Source: a virus
Lineage: Duplodnaviria > Caudoviricetes
Length of the DNA stretch: 64,000 bases
Virus record (IMG/VR): IMGVR_UViG_3300042904_000368
Coordinates: 804 to 64,803 of that record
Direction: 5' to 3' (one strand)
Every line of letters begins with the position of its first letter. Positions within the stretch are counted from its first letter, which is position 1. Shown here piece after piece: positions 28,328-37,174 of this stretch. The notes under the pieces were generated by a model. It was not told the DNA's origin, did not search any database, and saw nothing but the letters and a program-made list of their open reading frames with translations. Both the position numbers and the translations under genes were made by a program.

Positions 28328-29941
28328 ATGGTATTCGACCAGGTTCTATACGGGCCACCAGGGACCGGCAAAACGAGAAGCGGTATCGAGTGGGTGGCGC
28401 AGCAGGTAGAAGAAGGCTGCGACCCCTACCGGATCGGCTACGTGTCGTTTACGAACGGGGCCTGCAATGAGGCCCGCGACCGACTTTCGGAACGACTGGG
28501 ATACGCGCCGGAGATGTTCGACTTCTGCCGCACGCTTCATTCGTGTGCGAAGCGTGCGATGAGTATCGGCGGCGAGGAATGGAACCAGTCGGTGCGGCTG
28601 AAGAAGTTTGGCGAGGAGTTCGGTTATGACCTGATTCCGAGCAAGCGGCCGGGTGGTGACGATGATCTTGAGGATCAGCAGGCGAGCGCCGGTCAGGATG
28701 GCCCGCTACTCGGTATCTGGGACTACGGCCGGAACCGCTTGCTGCGGACGCCAGAGGCGGCGTTTGCCGCCTGGGAAGAGGCGAACCCCGATAGCGCCCC
28801 GCGTATCGACTACCCGCGTTATCTCGACCTGGTTGCGGATTGGGAACGCGACAAGAAAATCAATGGCCGCCACGACTTCACCGACCTGCTGCTGAACGTG
28901 GTGGACTCGGAAACGTGGCTGCCGGTGTCGGCCGTGGTGATTGACGAAGCGCAGGACCTCTCTCCGGCGCAGTGGGCGGTAGCGAAGAAGCTCTTTGTCG
29001 GGGCGGAGCGGTCAGCGTGCTTCGGTGATGACGACCAGGCGATCTTCTCATTCCAGGGCGCAGACCCATCCCTGTTCAATTCGTTAGCTACTAAAGAGCG
29101 GGTATTGCTGCGGCAAAGCTACCGGCTACCACAGGCGGTTTGTGATTTAGCTCTGCGCATCATCGGGCAAAACCGGAACCGGGTCGCAAAGGAAATCCTT
29201 CCCCTCGATACGGTTGGTTCCGTACGACACATCAACCGCCTGGAAGAATGCGATTTCGGCAATGGGGAAAGCTGGCTGATACTTGTCCGCAATTGGCGTT
29301 TTGTTGCCGAGATTATCTCCTGGTTGGAAAGCGAGGGCTTCCCGTACCTCGTTCCTGGCGGGAAGTATTACAGCCCGTGGGATGAGAAGGGGCCGTTCCG
29401 AGCGGCGAAGTCCGTTCTCGACCTCTCCGAGAACCGCGAGATTTTTCTAACCGATCTGGCCGTGCTGGTTGGGAAGACACGAGCGGAAGTCTCCGGCAAG
29501 CCCGGTGCCTGGAAATATGGCTCCAAAGGGAAGCTGGAGAAGCTGGCAGTTGCGGACCCTGGCGGGCGGATTGGGTTGCGGGAACTGGTACAAGTCGGAT
29601 TGACCGAAACCGGCCTCACCCAGATCCTCAACAATGACCTGACCATGCTGGCCGGAGTGAGCGGCCGGGACCGTGACGCGTTCACGAACGCTTTGCGGAT
29701 TCGCGCTTTCGGGAAACCGCCGCAAATCCGGGTGACGACTGTTCACCAAGCCAAAGGCGGTGAAGCAGATAACGTCGTGCTCCTTCAGGCTTGCACTCGT
29801 GCCCCCTACCGCAACCTGCAAGACCCCAACCGTTGCGAAGAAGAGGTGCGATTGATGTACGTGGGTGCTACACGCGCCAGGATCAATCTCTACCCGCTGC
29901 AAGGCTGGAGCGGGATGCCTTGGGAACTACGGCAGTTTTAG
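28328..29941 (+). CDS. Superfamily I (UvrD/Rep-like) helicase
   Basis: GPPGTGKT, RTLHS, IDEAQD, GDDDQAI, QSYR, TVHQAKGGE, YVGATRAR. Confidence 0.95.
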   Translation: MVFDQVLYGPPGTGKTRSGIEWVAQQVEEGCDPYRIGYVSFTNGACNEARDRLSERLGYAPEMFDFCRTLHSCAKRAMSIGGEEWNQSVRLKKFGEEFGYDLIPSKRPGGDDDLEDQQASAGQDGPLLGIWDYGRNRLLRTPEAAFAAWEEANPDSAPRIDYPRYLDLVADWERDKKINGRHDFTDLLLNVVDSETWLPVSAVVIDEAQDLSPAQWAVAKKLFVGAERSACFGDDDQAIFSFQGADPSLFNSLATKERVLLRQSYRLPQAVCDLALRIIGQNRNRVAKEILPLDTVGSVRHINRLEECDFGNGESWLILVRNWRFVAEIISWLESEGFPYLVPGGKYYSPWDEKGPFRAAKSVLDLSENREIFLTDLAVLVGKTRAEVSGKPGAWKYGSKGKLEKLAVADPGGRIGLRELVQVGLTETGLTQILNNDLTMLAGVSGRDRDAFTNALRIRAFGKPPQIRVTTVHQAKGGEADNVVLLQACTRAPYRNLQDPNRCEEEVRLMYVGATRARINLYPLQGWSGMPWELRQF

Positions 29942-29977
29942 ACGCTGTGAAGGGGCTAGAAATGGCGACCGCGACTT

Positions 29978-30397
29978 ATGGACAATCACGACCCGTTTGC
30001 TCACCTCCCAGCAGCCCAGCCGACATTGCTGGACTTACCGAAGAAGGACGCCAAAGGGCGGCCCGTATCTTCGGAGCCGCGCCCGCAAACAATCTCGGAA
30101 GCGAAGCTGTTGGCGATGATCTGGAAGGAGCCGAGGGGCGGGGAGTTTTACCGCCAGAAACTTCTCTGGATGCAGCGTTACCGGGACTCGGAGACCTATT
30201 CGAAGGAGCAGATTCAGGAACGGCGGCTCCGGCTTTATCAGGACTCGCAGACGCTGAAAGCGTTACTCGCACGGCCCGCCGAGGAACTGGAAGCGGAAGG
30301 GTGGGACGCGGCGAAGTGGTGGGCGATGTTCCAGCGGTTACGGGGGTGGATGGGACACCTGGAGGGACTGGACTCGGCGTGCATGTCGAGGCGTTGA
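29978..30397 (+). CDS. Hypothetical protein
   Basis: Protein-like ORF between helicase and RNase H. Confidence 0.55.
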   Translation: MDNHDPFAHLPAAQPTLLDLPKKDAKGRPVSSEPRPQTISEAKLLAMIWKEPRGGEFYRQKLLWMQRYRDSETYSKEQIQERRLRLYQDSQTLKALLARPAEELEAEGWDAAKWWAMFQRLRGWMGHLEGLDSACMSRR

Positions 30398-31098
30398 GGT
30401 TTGAGTATTTGGCGTGGTGGGTGCGGGCAACCTTCACGGCGGAAGGCGTGGGGGATTTGGCTCCTGGGTTGGCGGAACCCGATCGGATTAAAGCCAGGGA
30501 TCGCTTCCGTAGCTGGTTGGAGTTATGGAGACGACTGGCAGGAGCTAGCGCTGCGGAAGGGGCCGAGTTAGCGCGGGTGTTGGCAGAGCGGGGGGAGAAG
30601 TTCGCGAACTGGCTAGGGGTGAGTGAGCGGGGACTAGCCGAGTTGTTTTGTCTTGCGAATGGGACACTGCCGCCAGCGCCAAACCCGCATTTTCCGGAAG
30701 TTGCGATCTACGTAGACGGGTCTTCGCCAAATGACGGCACTCCCGGTCGGAACCGAGTTGGGTGCAGCGTGATTGCGGGCGGTCAAGAAGTCGAGTTTCA
30801 TACCGCTGTTCCGGTTCCCGGTGCTTCGAACAACGAAGCGGAATATCAGGCAATCCTCTTCGGATTAGAACGAGCGAAAGAACTTGGCGCAAGCCGCCTA
30901 TCCCTCTACTCCGATAGTCAGCTTTGCGTGAAGCAAGTGAACGGCGAATGGGCTTGTCGCGAACCGCATCTCATCCCGCTTTGCGATCAAGCGAAGCAGG
31001 AAATTGAGGAATTTGAATTCTGCCAGCTAGTTTGGATACCGCGAACGAAGAACCAGCGCGCTGATGCATTGGCATTCGGCGAGGAAGTAGGCGAATGA
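30379..31098 (+). CDS. rnhA: Ribonuclease HI with N-terminal extension (start uncertain)
   Basis: YVDGS, SNNEAEY.A, YSDSQL, WIPR.KN.RADALA. Confidence 0.9.
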   Translation: MHVEALRFEYLAWWVRATFTAEGVGDLAPGLAEPDRIKARDRFRSWLELWRRLAGASAAEGAELARVLAERGEKFANWLGVSERGLAELFCLANGTLPPAPNPHFPEVAIYVDGSSPNDGTPGRNRVGCSVIAGGQEVEFHTAVPVPGASNNEAEYQAILFGLERAKELGASRLSLYSDSQLCVKQVNGEWACREPHLIPLCDQAKQEIEEFEFCQLVWIPRTKNQRADALAFGEEVGE

Positions 31099-31649
31099 TG
31101 GCGCAGGCGAGTGGAGCGGGAATGATACGTGCTCTGGAAACCCGCTGGGACGGGCATCGGTTTCGCAGCCGATTAGAGGCTCGCTGGGCGGTTTGTTTCA
31201 AAGCATTGGGCTTGGAATACGACTACGAACCGCAGGGATTTGAAATCGACGGGGAGTGCTACCTACCGGATTTCTATCTGCCGAAGAACGGCATTTACGT
31301 GGAGATCAAGCCGCGTGGGTACCCGGTCAGCGACGATCACCCAGTCTTCGGCCTGGTGAAAGAAATCGGGCGGTATGGCGTGCTGATTTCTGGAAACCCA
31401 GCCCTGGGCCAGCATCAGGTGACAGCTAGCACGGGAAGCACTTTCCTGCATCAAGCCGAGCTGGCCTGGGATGATGAGGGCAATCTTTGGTTTGATGAGG
31501 GCGCGTTTGGCAAGGCGTGGTGTACGGGGCTAGGGAGAGATGGGAACCGATCTACTACCCATCCGAAACTCTTCGCAGCTTTTCTATCCGCCACCCGTGC
31601 TCGGTTCGAGTTCGGCGAGAAGCCGAGGCTGTACGGAGGCGCGAAGTGA
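31095..31649 (+). CDS. PD-(D/E)XK nuclease-family protein
   Basis: FRSRLEARWA, YEPQGF, YLPDF...YVEIK. Confidence 0.85.
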   Translation: MMAQASGAGMIRALETRWDGHRFRSRLEARWAVCFKALGLEYDYEPQGFEIDGECYLPDFYLPKNGIYVEIKPRGYPVSDDHPVFGLVKEIGRYGVLISGNPALGQHQVTASTGSTFLHQAELAWDDEGNLWFDEGAFGKAWCTGLGRDGNRSTTHPKLFAAFLSATRARFEFGEKPRLYGGAK

Positions 31650-32236
31650 AAGTCCTCGCCCTCGACACCGCCACCAAAACCGGCTGGGCAGCTGGTGAAA
31701 AGCATGGGGTGAAGGAGTTCCCGCTCCGACGCGGTTCCTCTCCCGGCTGCCGCTTCTTGGAGTTCCGCCTGTGGCTGAAAGACCTGATCCAAACCATTCG
31801 CCCTGATGTGGTGGTCTACGAGGTCGCCCATCAGCGCGGCGGCGCAGCTACGGAGCTGTGTGTCGGCTTCACAACCCGCGTGATGGAAGAAGCGGCAGCG
31901 GCGGGCCTGGAATACCGGGGCTGTCATTCCCGGATGCTCAAAGCGTTCGCGACCGGCAACGGAAACGCAGACAAGGGATTGATGATGGCGGCGGCCAGAG
32001 AGCGGTTTCCCGATGTTGCCCTGATTGACGACAACCACTCTGACGCGCTCCTCCTCCACGCCTGGGCCGAAGCGGGCTTTCCTGATGTAGTGGCCGAGCG
32101 CAAGGCCCAAGAGCAGGCCGCCATCGCCGCCAGGAAGCAGGAGCGAGCGAGCAAAGCCACCACCAAAGCCACCACACGCACCAAAACAAGCCGCTCCCAG
32201 CGGGCCGGGGAAGGGGTGGGCCGGGCGGATGGGTAG
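31646..32236 (+). CDS. ruvC: RuvC-like Holliday junction resolvase
   Basis: VLALDTATKTGWA, VVYE, KAFATGNGNADK, DNHSDA. Confidence 0.85.
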   Translation: MKVLALDTATKTGWAAGEKHGVKEFPLRRGSSPGCRFLEFRLWLKDLIQTIRPDVVVYEVAHQRGGAATELCVGFTTRVMEEAAAAGLEYRGCHSRMLKAFATGNGNADKGLMMAAARERFPDVALIDDNHSDALLLHAWAEAGFPDVVAERKAQEQAAIAARKQERASKATTKATTRTKTSRSQRAGEGVGRADG

Positions 32237-33071
32237 CGAATGGCTGGGCCACTTCCATCGCGGCGATTGCGTGGAAGTGATGCGCGGGCTTCCTGCGGAG
32301 TCGGTGGATTTGACGGTCACGTCGCCACCCTATGACAACGTGCGGACATACACGGGCGAGTACTCGTTCGATTATCCCGCAGTGGGTCGGGAGTTGTTGC
32401 GCGTCACCAAGGACGGCGGAGTGGCCTGTGTGGTCATTCAGGATGGGACGCAGGACTTCGCCAAGTCGCTCACCACAGCCAGGATGCAAGTCGCGTGGGT
32501 AGACGCTGGGTGGCGGTTGTTTGAATGTGTGATCTGGCGACGTTTCGGAGTGCCGGGAAATCACTGGGCTGGCCGATTCCGCGTTGACCATGAGTACGTC
32601 TGCGTGTTCTTCAAGGGCGCAAAGCCTGCCCGCTTCGATAAGTCCGCGCTTCAGGTTCGCTCAATATCTGCAGGTCGGATGATGCATGGAAACCGGCGCA
32701 GACCAGACGGGACCGCTGAGTCGATGAAGCGCAATCTGGTCGCTGATCTGAAATGCCCCGGCACAGTCTGGGACATCAGTTCGCAGTTCAGGGGCGACAC
32801 CCTCAAAGCGGAACACCCGGCCGTCTTCCCCGAACGCCTTGCCGCCGATCTAATCCAGTGCTTTTCCCGCCCCGGTGACATCATCCTAGACCCCTACTCG
32901 GGCAGTGGCACGACCTGCCTGGAAGCAGAGCGGCTAGGGCGGCGGTGGGCGGGAATCGACATCGGTGCAGAGTACGTCGCGCTCTCAGAGAGACGGCTGG
33001 AACGCCAACGGATGCAGCCCGCTTTGGCTCTCGATTTCGCCTCCGCACCCAGCGCGGGCGGGAGCCGGTGA
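32229..33071 (+). CDS. N4-cytosine/N6-adenine DNA methyltransferase (beta class)
   Basis: TSPPY precedes HPAVFP and LDPYSGSGTT. Confidence 0.92.
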   Translation: MGSEWLGHFHRGDCVEVMRGLPAESVDLTVTSPPYDNVRTYTGEYSFDYPAVGRELLRVTKDGGVACVVIQDGTQDFAKSLTTARMQVAWVDAGWRLFECVIWRRFGVPGNHWAGRFRVDHEYVCVFFKGAKPARFDKSALQVRSISAGRMMHGNRRRPDGTAESMKRNLVADLKCPGTVWDISSQFRGDTLKAEHPAVFPERLAADLIQCFSRPGDIILDPYSGSGTTCLEAERLGRRWAGIDIGAEYVALSERRLERQRMQPALALDFASAPSAGGSR

Positions 33072-33127
33072 GGAGCGCGGGCGACCGTATAGAGGGCAGA
33101 TGGGCGGGGATTTTCAGGAGGTGCGAG

Positions 33128-33805
33128 GTGGCAAAGAGCGTGCGGGCAGAGTTTCAGATCGATCGACCAGACATCTCTGATGCGGAGTTGGGCAAGGCGT
33201 GGGGTATCGCCAAGCGGGTGCTCGCCCGGCACCTCCGACATGCGCCGTGGTGGATTGACCGCGAATCGCTGGAGGCGGCAGCGCGCGGAAGCTTCTGGCT
33301 AGCGGTGACCCGCTACGACCGGGCGCAGGCCGCGCAGCTTGCGTCCTACACCACCCGCGCCGTCCTGAACGGGTTGCAGGAAGAGGAGCGCGTGCAAAGC
33401 CCGTGGACGCGCCCACAGCAGGAGTTGGTGCGCGAGTATCGACGGGAGGGCCGAGAGCTAGAGCCGTGGATGCGTGACACCCTCTGGATCGACGCGCCGC
33501 TCCCTGCCGCTACAGGCTCCGGCAGCGTACTGCCTTCGGACGTGCAGGCCGCCACCACCGAAATCGACCGGGATGGGATGACCGAGGGGCTAGGCCGGGA
33601 AGCCCGGTGCGCCCTGGCGGCGCGGCTGTTAACCGCCGTGACTCCCCGCCACCGGGAGTTGCTAGTGCGCTACTTCTACGGCGAGCAGATCTTCCGTGAC
33701 ATCGGGAAGGCGATGGGCTTCAGCGAGTCGCGCGCGCACCAGCTCCGCAACCAGGCGTTCGCCACCATCCGCCAGGCGTTTCCGGGCGTGGAGGCGTTGC
33801 TGTGA
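33128..33805 (+). CDS. Sigma70-family sigma factor, FliA/WhiG-like
   Basis: Region 2 AVTRYD...ASY; region 4 RHRELLVRYFY...RDIGKAMGFSESRAHQLRNQA; AGGAGG RBS. Confidence 0.85.
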   Translation: MAKSVRAEFQIDRPDISDAELGKAWGIAKRVLARHLRHAPWWIDRESLEAAARGSFWLAVTRYDRAQAAQLASYTTRAVLNGLQEEERVQSPWTRPQQELVREYRREGRELEPWMRDTLWIDAPLPAATGSGSVLPSDVQAATTEIDRDGMTEGLGREARCALAARLLTAVTPRHRELLVRYFYGEQIFRDIGKAMGFSESRAHQLRNQAFATIRQAFPGVEALL

Positions 33806-34236
33806 TGGCGGGAACTTACGCGTTGGATCGGAAGTACCGCCTGATTGCCCCCAAGGCATTACGAGAGGCAGGAGTGCTGATTGCCACGATGCTGCCGGAC
33901 GGGGTGGTCGCCGTTCAGCCAAAGGCGGAGTTTGCCGCCATGCTGGCGACCGCGGCGGGAGGAGCGCTGCGCTACCTGGAAACGAGCGCAGTAGAGCTGG
34001 GGCCTTGTCAGGACTTCGGAGGCCGCCTGCGCCTTCCTGCGGCGATACGCGCCTATCTGGAGATCGTGCCGTTTGTGGAAGCGGTGTGGCTTGAGACCGG
34101 GAAAGGCTGGCGGTTGATGCGTCGGGACCGCTGGGAGCTAGAGCGACGGCGGTGGGAGCCAGCAGCACGAACAGAGGGGTTTCCCCTGCCGCGAGCGATT
34201 GAGGCAGCGCAGACGGTGCAGGCAACCAGTGGTTAA
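33805..34236 (+). CDS. mraZ: MraZ-like tandem SpoVT/AbrB-domain DNA-binding protein
   Basis: Two DxxxR repeats (LDRKYRLIAPKALRE and DFGGRLRLPAAIRAY), about 143 aa, C-terminal W at MraZ-like spacing. Confidence 0.7.
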   Translation: MAGTYALDRKYRLIAPKALREAGVLIATMLPDGVVAVQPKAEFAAMLATAAGGALRYLETSAVELGPCQDFGGRLRLPAAIRAYLEIVPFVEAVWLETGKGWRLMRRDRWELERRRWEPAARTEGFPLPRAIEAAQTVQATSG

Positions 34237-34313
34237 CCCGCCTGCCGCGAGCGTGGGCGCAGTTGAGCCAATCATTAGCCGCCGGGGTGGCGAGGAAGGG
34301 GGTGGGTGGAGAG

Positions 34314-34766
34314 ATGGTGAGTAAGTGCGCGCGGTGCAAGAAATACAAAACATGCGGCGAGGAAATGCCAGCCAAAGGGAGTGATGAGTGCGTTTTTCTT
34401 TGCGCGGGGTGTCTGGTCATTCTGCGCGGAAAACTGGCCGTCAAAAACGGTGAGCCATTGCTGCCTATCGACCCGGCCAAGATCAAATGCCGCGAAGTCT
34501 ACCGCCACAAAGGCGGCGGAATTTATGTCGTCGACGCGATAGCCGAACGAGTGGAGGAAGAGGGCGGCGAGCGGATCATTGTCTACCGGAATTTAGAAAC
34601 GGGGAAGCAGTGGAGCCAATCGGTCGCGCGCTTCTGCGATCCGGGACGATTCGCCAAGTGTGAAGCCTGGAAACCCCGCCCTCCCAGGCGGCGCGGGGCG
34701 GGTGAGGCGGGAGGCAACGGGGCGGGATTCTGTTATCATTTGGAGGAGAACCAATGCGTGAATTAA
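34314..34766 (+). CDS. DUF1653-domain protein with N-terminal Zn finger
   Basis: VYRHKGGGIYVV...VYRNL...W.Q.V.RF. Confidence 0.75.
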   Translation: MVSKCARCKKYKTCGEEMPAKGSDECVFLCAGCLVILRGKLAVKNGEPLLPIDPAKIKCREVYRHKGGGIYVVDAIAERVEEEGGERIIVYRNLETGKQWSQSVARFCDPGRFAKCEAWKPRPPRRRGAGEAGGNGAGFCYHLEENQCVN

Positions 34767-34954
34767 CGAGGAACGAACGGCTAATCCTTGACCATCCAGA
34801 AGGCCGGGTGCCAGCGGAAAAGAGCCTGGACACGTCAGAGAAAATCGCCGCTTATGTGGCGCGAATGCGTCCCTTGAATGAAGCGCGAGTGAAGGCAGAC
34901 CGAGCGGCGGAGGCGGCCTCCTGGCTACACGCTAGGGGGCTGTGGATCGGTTAG
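34754..34954 (+). CDS. Hypothetical protein
   Basis: GGAGGA RBS. Confidence 0.55.
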   Translation: MRELTRNERLILDHPEGRVPAEKSLDTSEKIAAYVARMRPLNEARVKADRAAEAASWLHARGLWIG

Positions 34955-34982
34955 CGGCTGGTGGCGGAAAGGGAGTGCTGAT

Positions 34983-35441
34983 ATGTTGGCGCAAGATACT
35001 GAGTCACGACTGGCGCGGGCAAGCGTTCATTTCGGTTGGGGATTTTCCAAGGGCGTGATTGCCCGCCGAATGATCCTCGACGGCGTGGACGCGCAGACCG
35101 TGGCGCGAGAAATCCATCGCCAACCGGATTACATCGACAAGGTACGCCGGGAGGCCAGCAACGAATTGCGAATGCTGGCAGAGATGGAAGCGCAAGACCT
35201 TCCCGAAGTAATCTCCGCGCCACTAGAAGACCGCCAGGCACAAACGGACGGGGAACACGCCACCCTGCTTTATGACGTTCGCAAGAGCCAGCGCACTGGT
35301 AAATCAAGCAGCGGCCCGCAGCCGCTAGAAGGCGACCGGGACACGGTTTCCGCCAAGGTGGAAACGCGGGATTTGTGCCTGGAAGCTGTCCGCTATATGC
35401 GCCTTAAAAAAGAAGCGCGAGAATTATTGCCTACTGGTTGA
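34983..35441 (+). CDS. Putative late-transcription regulator (HTH-like)
   Basis: DAQTVAREIHRQPDYI.KVRREA, resembling sigma region 4; last gene before the late promoter region. Confidence 0.45.
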   Translation: MLAQDTESRLARASVHFGWGFSKGVIARRMILDGVDAQTVAREIHRQPDYIDKVRREASNELRMLAEMEAQDLPEVISAPLEDRQAQTDGEHATLLYDVRKSQRTGKSSSGPQPLEGDRDTVSAKVETRDLCLEAVRYMRLKKEARELLPTG

Positions 35442-35474
35442 CGCCACCGAGGGTAAAAAGGATAGAATACAGCG

Positions 35475-35505
35475 GGAGCCAGTGTCTTTGATGTTGGCTC
35501 CTTTT
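35475..35505 (+). terminator. Intrinsic terminator
   Basis: GGAGCCA...TGGCTCC followed by TTTT. Confidence 0.6.
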
Positions 35506-35545
35506 CGATTCTCGTAGTGCGGCGACGGCTGATCCCCGTCCCGCC

Positions 35546-35617
35546 AGCACGATAGCTCAGTGGCAGAGTGACCGCTTGTTAAGCGGGAGGTCGGGGGTTC
35601 GAGTCCCCTTCGTGCAT
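35546..35617 (+). tRNA. Degenerate tRNA-Asn(GTT)
   Basis: TAGCTCAGTGGCAGAG D-arm, CCGC-TTGTTAA-GCGG anticodon arm, GGGGG-TTCGAGT-CCCCT T-arm; A1:A72 mismatch, no CCA. Confidence 0.75.
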
Positions 35618-35745
35618 TAGCAGGGGATAAGGCTTAACGCTGCATAGCGGGAGCGCTCCTTGTCAAACTCCCACTGCTAGCGAAATGCACGGTGAAGGCT
35701 CACCGTGGGCGCGGGCTGCTACGAACCAGCCTCACGCGCTTTCAA

Positions 35746-35908
35746 TATTCGGGCTGAGGGGCAACCCCGGACGGGAAGGCCAAACCTCGTTCGTAAACAG
35801 CGGCCTGGCAGCCGTTAGCTTTTTAAATGACTGGCAAATCTCCCTGGTTCACAGTCAGCCTGCGGGGCTTAACATCCCAAGGGTGAGAGCAGAGGGGCAG
35901 CCCGAATA
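35746..35908 (+). ncRNA. Candidate structured ncRNA of about 163 nt
   Basis: 11-bp closing helix TATTCGGGCTG/CAGCCCGAATA, internal stems, followed by a terminator. Confidence 0.55.
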
Positions 35909-35913
35909 CTCCT

Positions 35914-35945
35914 AGGCCCGAAGCACTAACCCGCTTCGGGCCTTT
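35914..35945 (+). terminator. Terminator-like hairpin
   Basis: AGGCCCGAAGC/GCTTCGGGCCT followed by a short pyrimidine tract. Confidence 0.65.
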
Positions 35946-36106
35946 CCCGTTTCTGGCCCACGAGCAAGACCAGCCCGAAGGGGAGCAGGTGTGCAACCAC
36001 CCACTCCCCCGTTACTGCCGACTCAGCAAGGAGCCAGCAGCACTATGAGATACGGCCAACGCAGGCCCGCGTGCAACCTCCCGCTAGGTAATGTTCCGAA
36101 GGGCAT

Positions 36107-36538
36107 ATGCTGACGTGGCGGAACCGCTTTCGCATTCTCGCGGATTTCGGCACCCCGGAGGTGATCGAGTTCAAGGCGGGTGTTTCGGCGCTGAGCTGGG
36201 GCCTGTGGCTGCTCCTGCCAGGCGATATGTTCGCGCTGTACCCGCCGTTCTTCTTGGCGATGTCCAAGATCGCGCCCGAATGGGCGTGGGGCGCAGGGGT
36301 GGCAGCGACCGGCCTCGCGCAGATTTTCCTGTCCGCAACCCCGAATTGGGCCTGGCGTCGTTTTGCAGCGCTCCATGCCTGTGCGATGTGGGCCTTCCTG
36401 ACCACGCTGTATCTCCTCGGCGAGTGGCGTGCGCCGGGGGTTGCTCTGGCCCTCACCCTCTCCGTGGCGAATGCCTGGGTGTTTTACCGCTTGAGGCGTT
36501 TCCATGCTGATGGTGAGGAAACGAGCCATGTCCAATGA
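36107..36538 (+). CDS. Multi-TM membrane protein (lysis cassette)
   Basis: About four hydrophobic segments, PEWAWG. Confidence 0.65.
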   Translation: MLTWRNRFRILADFGTPEVIEFKAGVSALSWGLWLLLPGDMFALYPPFFLAMSKIAPEWAWGAGVAATGLAQIFLSATPNWAWRRFAALHACAMWAFLTTLYLLGEWRAPGVALALTLSVANAWVFYRLRRFHADGEETSHVQ

Positions 36539-36938
36539 ATGGCTCAAGGAATACGCGCCCTGGGTTGCGGCTGTGGTCGCTCCTGTCACTGTCTGGCTAG
36601 GGACCCGCAAGAAGGTTGCTACCGACGCCGATATTTCACTACGCACCGATCTGCGCGAGACGGAGAAGTATCTCCGCCAGCAGCTTCGGGAAGTGGAGGC
36701 GGATAACAAGACGCTGCGAACCGAGAACCTGGAACTGAAGAACGCGAACATGACCCTGCGGGCGGAGTTTGAGGACCACAAGCGAGACACGGCGCGGGAG
36801 ATCGGACAACTCAAAGACCAGCTTCAAGCCGCCCTTTCCGCAATGGATCGAGACCGCCGTAGCGGAGCGCACACTCAAGACGATCTAACCGCCCTTACTG
36901 AGCGGGTGCGGGTTGGCGAAGAACACGACGCCCTATGA
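36528..36938 (+). CDS. Membrane-anchored coiled-coil protein (holin/spanin-like)
   Basis: N-terminal TM plus long heptad repeat. Confidence 0.6.
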   Translation: MSNEWLKEYAPWVAAVVAPVTVWLGTRKKVATDADISLRTDLRETEKYLRQQLREVEADNKTLRTENLELKNANMTLRAEFEDHKRDTAREIGQLKDQLQAALSAMDRDRRSGAHTQDDLTALTERVRVGEEHDAL

Positions 36939-37159
36939 AACGTCCCGTGTTGGGCTTCCTTCTGCTCTGGCTGCTCGTAGCGGTGGCGGGAGTGGCTTGG
37001 AGTGGTCGTGTGCCGTTGGTAAGTGCCTGGGCCGCCGTCAAGCAGAAGGCGCCCCCAGCTATCAGCAATGCGAGTGGCAACTGGCCCGCCCGAAGCGGCA
37101 ATGCCTGCGGGTGTTCAAGGTCATCCCGCAGGAAAGATTTTGCTGGCAGCATCGAGTGA
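36935..37159 (+). CDS. Small membrane or secreted protein
   Basis: Basic N-terminus plus TM, ATGA-coupled. Confidence 0.5.
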   Translation: MKRPVLGFLLLWLLVAVAGVAWSGRVPLVSAWAAVKQKAPPAISNASGNWPARSGNACGCSRSSRRKDFAGSIE

Positions 37160-37174
37160 GACGGAGCAAGTGAG

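Noticed and set aside
29791-30378. Long N-terminal extension of RNase HI as called in the ORF track
   Set aside because: It overlaps the helicase end and the better ORF 29978-30397, and its composition is low-complexity.
22886-33071. Restriction-modification system formed by the methyltransferases and the PD-(D/E)XK nuclease
   Set aside because: The genes are not paired as an RM operon; orphan methyltransferases and this nuclease type are common in phage replication regions.
34240-34313. MraZ-box (GTGG repeats at 10-bp period) near the mraZ-like gene
   Set aside because: GTGG words are present but not at a regular 10-bp spacing.
35546-35617. tRNA as an attP remnant
   Set aside because: It is full length, degenerate at the 3' end and about 14 kb from the integrase; attP cores usually keep an exact 3' tRNA segment next to int.
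35618-35908. Twister or theta/HDV ribozyme, or c-di-GMP riboswitch
   Set aside because: Only fragments match (CCCAAG, GCAGAGGG, GGCCAAACC). The required neighbouring elements are not in the right arrangement by eye.
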